Part shown: positions 51,586-58,777 of the stretch, one piece after another | Layout of the letters: each line of letters starts with the position of its first letter | Position numbering within the stretch: position 1 is the stretch's first letter | DNA from: an uncultured bacterium | Lineage (GTDB): Bacteria > Babelota > Babeliae > Babelales > Babelaceae | DNA length: 64,000 nt | Reading direction: 5' to 3' | NCBI GenBank assembly: GCA_963819815.1 | Contig: CAWFXL010000001.1 | Span: 1,504,001 to 1,568,000 of the forward strand | Notes under the pieces: model-generated | The model's database searches: none | What the model saw: only the letters and a program-made list of their open reading frames with translations | What the model was told of the DNA's origin: nothing | Made by a program: the position numbers and the translations under genes

Positions 51586-51837
51586 ACACTTCCTTTGAGT
51601 GAAATTGTGGATTTTGAACATATATTAACGCGTTTAAACTAACTTACCATAGACATTTTTTCAAAAGCAACAATTTGTCCTTTAAGATATCAGATTTTTG
51701 TTGTATGAATCGCTCACAGCTGCAAACCATTTCCCTGGGCTTGTGATTGGTCAATATATGCAGCGGTCCTGTCTCATGCAAAGAGGGGCGCTTATAGCGC
51801 CCCTCCTAACAGATTCAAAAATTACATTAAGTGTGCA

Positions 51838-52608
51838 CTAGGCTGTAGGTGTTACTACCTTGACCGTACTGCTCTGCAAGGTGCAGCTGCAATATTTGTT
51901 AAAAATATAGGCTTTCAGTGCATTCGATAGTCCCTGAGGAAAGGGAAATACGATTTTATAGTCAGCAATTCCATCTTCGTCCGTACAATCGCCGTGAACC
52001 GTAACTTCAGCCGTAAGTTCTGTGCTCCCCGGAGTTGGGAAGGCAGAAAAGATTTGCTGGAAAGGCGCTTTGGTCAGTGTTGTAGGAGTAGGCTCGTCAT
52101 CGGTAGATGGGAAAATTGCAAAGTCAACTGTGCCAGTACCCGTAGTATTGCCTGCAGGATTAGTAACGAGTAAGGTAATGCAGCCTGCACCACTGCCAAG
52201 TGGCAATGAAGTAATGGTCATGCTTATTGTCTGGTTTGAGTTAGCTTCACCAAGAGTCACCTCATATTCTACTGGTGACCCAGTGCTTGAAGAATCGGTT
52301 ACGGTTACATTAAAACTTCTGGAGTCCCCGTCATTATCTAAAGGGAGATCAGTAAAGTTTGCCGTTACAGCAGTTTGGGGCTCTGGAGCAAATGGGCCAT
52401 CCAGTTCAACTAACGTATAGGTATATTGCCCTGAAGAACTAGGAGTACCACCTGAGGCGGTCACTGATATATTTGCCGTTGGTGTACCAGTTGTAAGACA
52501 CCCATTAGGACTGATAGTTATATTTTGGATAAACAGCGGCTGAGGACCCGTCGTCTGAGCAACAATGCTGATAGGCATTGCCAGTAATGTGAGTAAGAGT
52601 TTCTTCAT
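51838..52608 (-). CDS. Secreted array protein, copy 5
   Basis: Paralog; start at MKKLLL; ends NALKAYIFNKYCSC. Confidence 0.85.
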   Translation of the reverse strand: MKKLLLTLLAMPISIVAQTTGPQPLFIQNITISPNGCLTTGTPTANISVTASGGTPSSSGQYTYTLVELDGPFAPEPQTAVTANFTDLPLDNDGDSRSFNVTVTDSSSTGSPVEYEVTLGEANSNQTISMTITSLPLGSGAGCITLLVTNPAGNTTGTGTVDFAIFPSTDDEPTPTTLTKAPFQQIFSAFPTPGSTELTAEVTVHGDCTDEDGIADYKIVFPFPQGLSNALKAYIFNKYCSCTLQSSTVKVVTPTA

Positions 52609-52847
52609 TAACTTCCTTTGAGTAAAATTGTGGATTTTGAACATATATTAACGCGTCTATGGTAACTTTACCATAAGTGTTTTTAAAAAAGCAATCTTTT
52701 TTAACCTTTTGTTTGTGATTTCTTTTCTACAACCTCCCTCATATTCTTGAACTATTAAGATAATTTATATAGTTGCTAACCCAAAAGGGGCGCTTAAGCG
52801 CCCCCTACTTTTCAAAAATTAAATATGAATCCAAGCATACCAGTATT

Positions 52848-53567
52848 TCAGGATACCGGTATTGTATTACTGCTTAGATTGCAATTGCAATATTTGTTAA
52901 AAATGTACGCTTTCAAATCATTAGCATTTCCTTGCGGAAAAGGGAATTGTATTTCAAAGAAGCTTGTTTCGTTAGGAGCGCAGTCATTCTGGACTTCAAC
53001 TACTGCTGTAAGTGTCGATGTTCCGGGAGTGCGGAATGCAGCAAATTGTTGAGTGAATGGAGCAGGTATTTCTTTCCCATTTTGTGTGGCAATTACTTGA
53101 GAGGACCCAATGCCAACTATGGCCGAACCAGTTAGCTTTCCTCCGGGTCCGAAGACTTGCAAGGATATGCATCCTGGTGCATTGCCAAGTGGTAATGAAA
53201 TTATATTCATGGCTATTTGCAGAGTTTGAGAAACAGGAAGCACGAGCATAGTTGTTACAGTATTATTCGCTGAATCTGTTACTTGCAACGTTGTAGGCTC
53301 TTCTACAGGAACGTTTGCAAAACTGGCAGTTGGCACCGTTAATGGAGAACCACCGAAGGGTTTGTTTTCTACGAGTAATGTATACGTATAGGGAGGTTGA
53401 CCACCTGCAGCCGTTGCTAAGATGTTTGCCGTCGCTGCAATTCCTGGATTGGGATTGGCACACCCTTGAGGATTGATGGTAATATTTGAGAAATATAATG
53501 GTTGCGGACCCGACAGAGCAGCAAGGCTAGCAGGGAGCATAAGTAATGTAAGTAAAAGTTTCTTCAT
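52848..53567 (-). CDS. Secreted array protein, copy 6 (subfamily B)
   Basis: Paralog with AGGQPPYTY; ends NDLKAYIFNKYCNC. Confidence 0.85.
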   Translation of the reverse strand: MKKLLLTLLMLPASLAALSGPQPLYFSNITINPQGCANPNPGIAATANILATAAGGQPPYTYTLLVENKPFGGSPLTVPTASFANVPVEEPTTLQVTDSANNTVTTMLVLPVSQTLQIAMNIISLPLGNAPGCISLQVFGPGGKLTGSAIVGIGSSQVIATQNGKEIPAPFTQQFAAFRTPGTSTLTAVVEVQNDCAPNETSFFEIQFPFPQGNANDLKAYIFNKYCNCNLSSNTIPVS

Positions 53568-53739
53568 GAGTTTCCTTTTTGGTAAAATATGTTTGGCATG
53601 TAATACGCGTCATAAGCTAAATTACCATAAGCCTTTTTAAAAAAGCAACGATTTGCCTTTTTTTTTTACGAGCATTCTGTTGAAAGACTCAAAGCACATT
53701 TCGGTATGACCAGTGATAATACTAGATTTCTTGCTAACA

Positions 53740-53870
53740 CGAGGGACGCTAAAAATCCCTACCTATCTAAAAAAATATGATTAATCTATAGATGCTGAAC
53801 ACCTGACGATAAGTTGTATGGTAATTCTGTAAGGTGCTACCATACCACTTGTTACCTATATAAGCCTTCT
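53740..53870 (-). pseudogene. Degenerate remnant of an eighth array unit (C-terminal motif and terminator only)
   Basis: Minus strand 53868-53824 translates KAYIGNKWYGSTLQN (compare KAYIFNKYCSCTLQS); decayed hairpin at 53742-53760 with flanks homologous to 52770-52830. Confidence 0.65.
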
Positions 53871-54033
53871 GGGGCACAAGGAATGACTTTTGATTTTTCG
53901 TTCGTAATTTCTTTTTTAACCGCCATTGCACTCTTGAACTAGTAAGAGAGTTTCATAGAGTTGCGTAGCATAGGGGCGCTTAAACGCCCCTATGCTACGC
54001 AGAAAGAATGTAATGCAAGCAGGCGCAGTACTT

Positions 54034-54753
54034 TTAGGATACTGGTATTGTGTTTTTGCTTAGAGCACAGCTGCAATATTTGTTAAAGACGTATGCTTTT
54101 AAGGCATTAGAGATTCCTTGGGGAAAAGGAAATGTGATACTAAAAACGCTACTTGAACCAGTTGTGCAATCATTTTCGACTATTACTACTGCTGTAAGTG
54201 TCGATGTCCCTGGCGTTCTGAATGCGGCAAATTGCTGAATAAAAGGCGCGGGGAATAATTTCGCATTCGTTTCGGCAATTGGCAAAGAAGATCCAATGCC
54301 AACAAAAGCTGAGCCAGTAAGTTTTCCTCCAGGTCCGACAACTTGCAAGGTAAAGCAGCCTGGAGCATTGCCAAGTGGCAATGAGGTAATATTCATGCTT
54401 ACTTGCAGAGTTTGAGAAGTAGGAAGTGTAATGGTATTGGTTACAGAATTATTTGCAGAATCTGTTACCGTCAAAATCACAAGCGAGTTAACGGGGATAC
54501 CGGCAAAATTTGCAGTTGCCGTTGTTAACGGAGAACCACCGAAAGGCTTGCCTTCTACGAGTAATGTGTACGTATAGGGAGGTTGCCCACCTGCAGCCGT
54601 TGCTAAGATATTTGCCGTTGGTGCAAGTGCCGGGTTGGGATTGGTGCATCCTTGGGGGTTGATGGTAAGATTTGAAATATATAAGGGTTGAGGACCTGCC
54701 AGAGCAGCAAGGCTCATAGGCATGATGAGTAATGTGAGCAAAAGCTTCTTCAT
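54034..54753 (-). CDS. Secreted array protein, copy 7 (subfamily B)
   Basis: Paralog most similar to copy 6; ends NALKAYVFNKYCSC. Confidence 0.85.
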   Translation of the reverse strand: MKKLLLTLLIMPMSLAALAGPQPLYISNLTINPQGCTNPNPALAPTANILATAAGGQPPYTYTLLVEGKPFGGSPLTTATANFAGIPVNSLVILTVTDSANNSVTNTITLPTSQTLQVSMNITSLPLGNAPGCFTLQVVGPGGKLTGSAFVGIGSSLPIAETNAKLFPAPFIQQFAAFRTPGTSTLTAVVIVENDCTTGSSSVFSITFPFPQGISNALKAYVFNKYCSCALSKNTIPVS

Positions 54754-54839
54754 GAGCATCCTTTTTAGTAAAAACGTTTTTTAACAGAGAATAACTCGTT
54801 TAACCAAACTACCATAAGCATTTTTACAAAGACAAGACT

Positions 54840-56042
54840 TTATCTCTTATGTGTTACTGTACCTAAACTCTCGTAGGCCGCGAGGCTCGTCTCTGGATAG
54901 TAAAACTCTAGAATCTCCTGATGCGAGTAGCCCAGGTTTGCCATCACATAAGCTCCCCATTGGCATAACCCTATATGATGCCCATGACCTTTTCCATGTG
55001 CGTTAAGGATGCCATTCTGTGTAGAAATGCTGCAGCAGAGGCTCCGTATTTTAGGGAACAGCATTCTAAAGTCATGTGCACACATGAGGACGGTCTTTTT
55101 TGAACCGGTAAGCACTAGTTGTTGAGCAATACCCGCTTGATCAAATGACTTGATATGGATCTCTTTGAGCTGTCCAAGCGCCGGAAAAACTTTTTGCAAA
55201 GGACCTTCAAGCTCTTTGAGCGTATAGGTTGTTTTCCAGGTATACAAGGGTTGGTCTTTGCAGTGAGTACAGGCATAGGGCCTTTTTAAATAGGGAGCTT
55301 TTGTGTAGATCGATGATTTTTTTTCGGCAGGGATGATGCCGCCACATACGGCGCTATACATAGCAAGAATTGGCTTTCCGTCTTGCGTGATAATAATACC
55401 CTTGGTTTCATCTACGATTTTTTTAAGAGATGTTTTACATGCCTGGCCACGATAGACTTGGTCAAGTACGGTATTCTTGAGGTCGTAGGGCAGTGAGTCA
55501 TTTCGTTCTGATTGAATTTTGTAGACAGCATAGGTCCGACAGGCTATGCAGAGTGCTTTCTGCACCACATCGGGCCAACTTGGAATACTCTCGTAAGGAA
55601 GTACTGCAGCAATATAGTCTTCAAGGCCGATATGGTTTACTAGAGAAGCTCTTCCCTCATGATCATGGAGTGCACATGTTCCCTCATAGGGTATCGATTC
55701 AAAACTAATGAGTCCCTTACTCGGAATAAGGAAAAGCTGCTCACAGGGATATCGTTTTCCATTGGCGATAAAAGCTCCCGACGTACGAGTTACCAGAAGC
55801 TCTTTGTCATGTATGCGCTGTACCATCTTTGTGTGTGGATTATAGAGAAAGAATCCATGAGGGCTTGAAAAGGTCCAAGCGATTTCTCCAGAAGGCTTCT
55901 CTTGTAAAAGTACGCGTACCGGGTTGTCTAGATGCATCTTTTCAAGAGCCGATGCTCGAGTGCTTTTTTCTAGCGCATTTGTAGTTGTATATGAAATGGT
56001 CAGTAAAAGCAGGCATGCAATGTGAGCATGTGATAGCTTCAT
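54840..56042 (-). CDS. SpoIID/LytB domain lytic transglycosylase
   Basis: VNHIGLEDYIAAVLPYE, KALCIACRTYA, DQVYRG and GHHIGLCQWGA motifs; signal peptide. Confidence 0.9.
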   Translation of the reverse strand: MKLSHAHIACLLLLTISYTTTNALEKSTRASALEKMHLDNPVRVLLQEKPSGEIAWTFSSPHGFFLYNPHTKMVQRIHDKELLVTRTSGAFIANGKRYPCEQLFLIPSKGLISFESIPYEGTCALHDHEGRASLVNHIGLEDYIAAVLPYESIPSWPDVVQKALCIACRTYAVYKIQSERNDSLPYDLKNTVLDQVYRGQACKTSLKKIVDETKGIIITQDGKPILAMYSAVCGGIIPAEKKSSIYTKAPYLKRPYACTHCKDQPLYTWKTTYTLKELEGPLQKVFPALGQLKEIHIKSFDQAGIAQQLVLTGSKKTVLMCAHDFRMLFPKIRSLCCSISTQNGILNAHGKGHGHHIGLCQWGAYVMANLGYSHQEILEFYYPETSLAAYESLGTVTHKR

Positions 56043-56481
56043 AGTCTCTCCCCCCCAGAAGTACCTATGATGTTCGTTTGCATCGGCCTTCTACAAGCCG
56101 ATGATTTTGAGAAAGCAGAAGCAGCAAGTGCCCTGTGACGAACGTATGCTGTTTCTGCTTTCGTCCCCAGCTACGAGCATACTACGAGGAGGCTTTAAAA
56201 TTCAATACTTTTAGAGATTGTTTTTTTTAATCAAGCGATAAATAATTAAAAATGAAATTGAAAAAGTTCGTCAAGGTACGATGTGCCGTACTGATTATTT
56301 AAGGAGTTGAGCACCATCTGCTTCTGCAAAAAAGTCTTACTTTCACGTGCTTCTTGGGTTTATTGGTATTGCGGATATGAGTGCAACTTGAGTGATGTTT
56401 CAAGGTAAGACGGCAAAAGAATGCAGGTGAGAGACCAGAAGGTTGATCGTCTTCAAAGTAGATGTTGTTTGCGGATATGAG

Positions 56482-56949
56482 TTAGCGAATTTCAACCGGG
56501 CTTTTCCACCCGATTTCTCCAAAACGGGTGCCTTGTAGCGCATGAGCTATAGCCACTTTGACAAAGGGCAGAGTTTCCTCAGGTAAGTTGGAGAGTGGAA
56601 AGAAGCCAAGATCTTTGTGCTTATGCGGCTCATTATTGGTAATTTCTCCTTCCCAGCGGGTAGCAATGAAATAGAAGTCTATACAGTCTGTACCGCGACC
56701 GATAATGTGAGCATCCATGACACAACCAAACGTGAGCCATTCTGGTCGTACAGTAATATTTGCTTCTTCGTGCGCTTCTCGGATTACCGCATCAACGATG
56801 CTCTCATTATCATCTACGCACCCAGCCACCGGGGCAAAGTAGCCATCTGCCCAGCCTGTGCTGTGCCGTTTTAAAAGGAGAACATGGTTATCCTTAAGGA
56901 GGATAAGACTTACGGTTGCTTCTTTGCGGTGTGTTGATCGAATTGCCAT
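56482..56949 (-). CDS. NUDIX hydrolase
   Basis: Nudix box GCVDDNESIVDAVIREAHEEANI and WEGEITNNEPHK; start at ATG 56949 after a GGAGG RBS. Confidence 0.88.
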   Translation of the reverse strand: MAIRSTHRKEATVSLILLKDNHVLLLKRHSTGWADGYFAPVAGCVDDNESIVDAVIREAHEEANITVRPEWLTFGCVMDAHIIGRGTDCIDFYFIATRWEGEITNNEPHKHKDLGFFPLSNLPEETLPFVKVAIAHALQGTRFGEIGWKSPVEIR

Positions 56950-56962
56950 GCTTTTTCCTCCG

Positions 56963-58612
56963 TTACATTTTTTCAGGAGCACTGATTCCCAATAAATCGA
57001 AGCATGTTTTGAGGGTATGCTCAACAAGTTCAATAAGTATGAGACGTGCTCTGCTTTGTGCGACCTGATCGGTATCGATTACTTTGTTATGGGTGTAGTA
57101 GGCATGGAATGCCTGCGCAAGTTCTATCGTATAGTAAGCTAGCTGATGAGTTTGATAACTCTGCTGGATGCTTTCAAGGTGCTCCTTGAGTGATGCGATT
57201 TTCTTAAGAAGGAGCTGATCTGCAGGTTGAAGATTGTGTATATCTTCCGCTGATAGCTTATGGAATAGCTCGTGCTGGAGTGCTTTTTCACGGATGCTTT
57301 TTATTCGAACATAGGCATATTGTATATAATAGACCGGATTTTCATCGGTGTGCTTGAGTGCTAAATCAAGATCAAAATCAAGATGGGCATCCGCTTTTTT
57401 ATGCAGATAAAAAAAGCGTGCAACGTCAGTTCCTACTGTTTTAATAATATCTTCAAGGTTGACTATACGCCCTGCTCGTTTAGAGAGCTTCAGTGCGAGC
57501 CCGCTTTCTTTGACGGTTACTAATTGGTACAAGATCACATCTAATCGTTTTGGATCATAGCCAAGGACCTGCATAACCACTTTAAGTCTCGTAACATAGC
57601 TATGATGATCTTGCCCAAGCACGAAGATAAGATGATCAAATCCTCGAGCCACTTTGTCTTGTACATAGGCAATATCGGCAGCAATGTAGGTGAGCTCGCC
57701 CGTCTTTTTTCTGACCACACGATCTTTATCATCACCAAAAGTAGTTGATCGTAACCAGACGGTACCATCTTCTGTATAGAGGTACCCTGATGAGGTAAGC
57801 TGCTCAAGAACCTGATCTATGGCGCCGGTATCATGAAGAGTTTTTTCTGAAAACCATATATCGAAGGTAATACCATACTCAGCAAGGGTAGTAGTAATAT
57901 TTTTAAGAAGATGCTCTTTTGCATAGGAGCTAAAAAACTCATCAGTCTTTGAGAGAAGCTCAGTTCCATACGTATCATAACACTCTTGTGCTAATGCCAC
58001 TAAATATTCTCCTTGATAGCCATCTTCAGGAACTGCCATGTCATAGCCTGATACTTGCATGCAGCGTGCTTTAAATGAGAGACCAAGTTTGTGTATCTGG
58101 GCACCCGCATCGTTGACATAAAACTCTTTAACTACGGTGTGGCCAAGAAATGAGAGAATTCGTGAAAGGACATCACCAATGATGCCGCCGCGTCCATGCC
58201 CCACATGTAAAGGACCGGTAGGGTTAGCACTGACAAACTCAACGGAGTAGGACTGCTTAGGAGCTGGATTGCGAGAAAAAAAGAGTGCTCTGTCTTCATA
58301 CAGCTCTGTTGCGAGCTTCTTGAAAGCCTCTGGTGAAAGAAAGATATTCAAAAAGCCAGGACCTGCTATGTCTGCCCGCTCGATGTACGGATGTTTGAGT
58401 GCAGTGAGAATCTTTTGAGCAACAGCGCGAGGATTTTCGCCAAGCTCTTTGGCTATGATTAGAGCAGCATTTGAACTCAGGTCACCAAATTCAGACTTCT
58501 GCTTATCGGTATTAATCGTGAGCTGAGCTTTTTTAATGAGTTGAGCCTGGCTGCTAAAAAGGCTCTGTAGCGTATCGTGTAGGTGTTGACCGATCGTTTC
58601 GATGACATTCAT
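56963..58612 (-). CDS. argS: Arginine--tRNA ligase
   Basis: EFVSANPTGPLHVGHGR, NDAGAQ, KLSKRAG, NPVYYIQYAYVR and GISAPEKM motifs. Confidence 0.97.
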   Translation of the reverse strand: MNVIETIGQHLHDTLQSLFSSQAQLIKKAQLTINTDKQKSEFGDLSSNAALIIAKELGENPRAVAQKILTALKHPYIERADIAGPGFLNIFLSPEAFKKLATELYEDRALFFSRNPAPKQSYSVEFVSANPTGPLHVGHGRGGIIGDVLSRILSFLGHTVVKEFYVNDAGAQIHKLGLSFKARCMQVSGYDMAVPEDGYQGEYLVALAQECYDTYGTELLSKTDEFFSSYAKEHLLKNITTTLAEYGITFDIWFSEKTLHDTGAIDQVLEQLTSSGYLYTEDGTVWLRSTTFGDDKDRVVRKKTGELTYIAADIAYVQDKVARGFDHLIFVLGQDHHSYVTRLKVVMQVLGYDPKRLDVILYQLVTVKESGLALKLSKRAGRIVNLEDIIKTVGTDVARFFYLHKKADAHLDFDLDLALKHTDENPVYYIQYAYVRIKSIREKALQHELFHKLSAEDIHNLQPADQLLLKKIASLKEHLESIQQSYQTHQLAYYTIELAQAFHAYYTHNKVIDTDQVAQSRARLILIELVEHTLKTCFDLLGISAPEKM

Positions 58613-58777
58613 AGCATTTTCCTTTTGAATGGTACCTCTTAAGTGTATCGGTATTTATGCACTGGAGCAAGTGAACGTCTCTTTAAAACTTGGCTCATGC
58701 TCTTGTGTATGGTACAGTAGCGTACCATCTATGATGCTCACGTGTGCATGCAAAGGGATGGTTAGAGAAGGTGCGGC

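Larger units (their letters stand above)
47681..54835 (-). repeat. Tandem array of about 1-kb units (promoter, secreted protein gene, terminator): seven intact and one remnant
   Basis: Homologous CDSs and intergenic regions; GGGGCG hairpins at 47681, 48699, 49718, 50750, 51783, 52786 and 53962, with a degenerate one at 53742. Confidence 0.93.

Noticed and set aside
47681..54835. Integron cassette array or DGR target array
   Set aside because: The hairpins are short terminators without attC core sites, the genes are paralogs with their own promoters, there is no integrase or reverse transcriptase, and variation is not adenine-specific.
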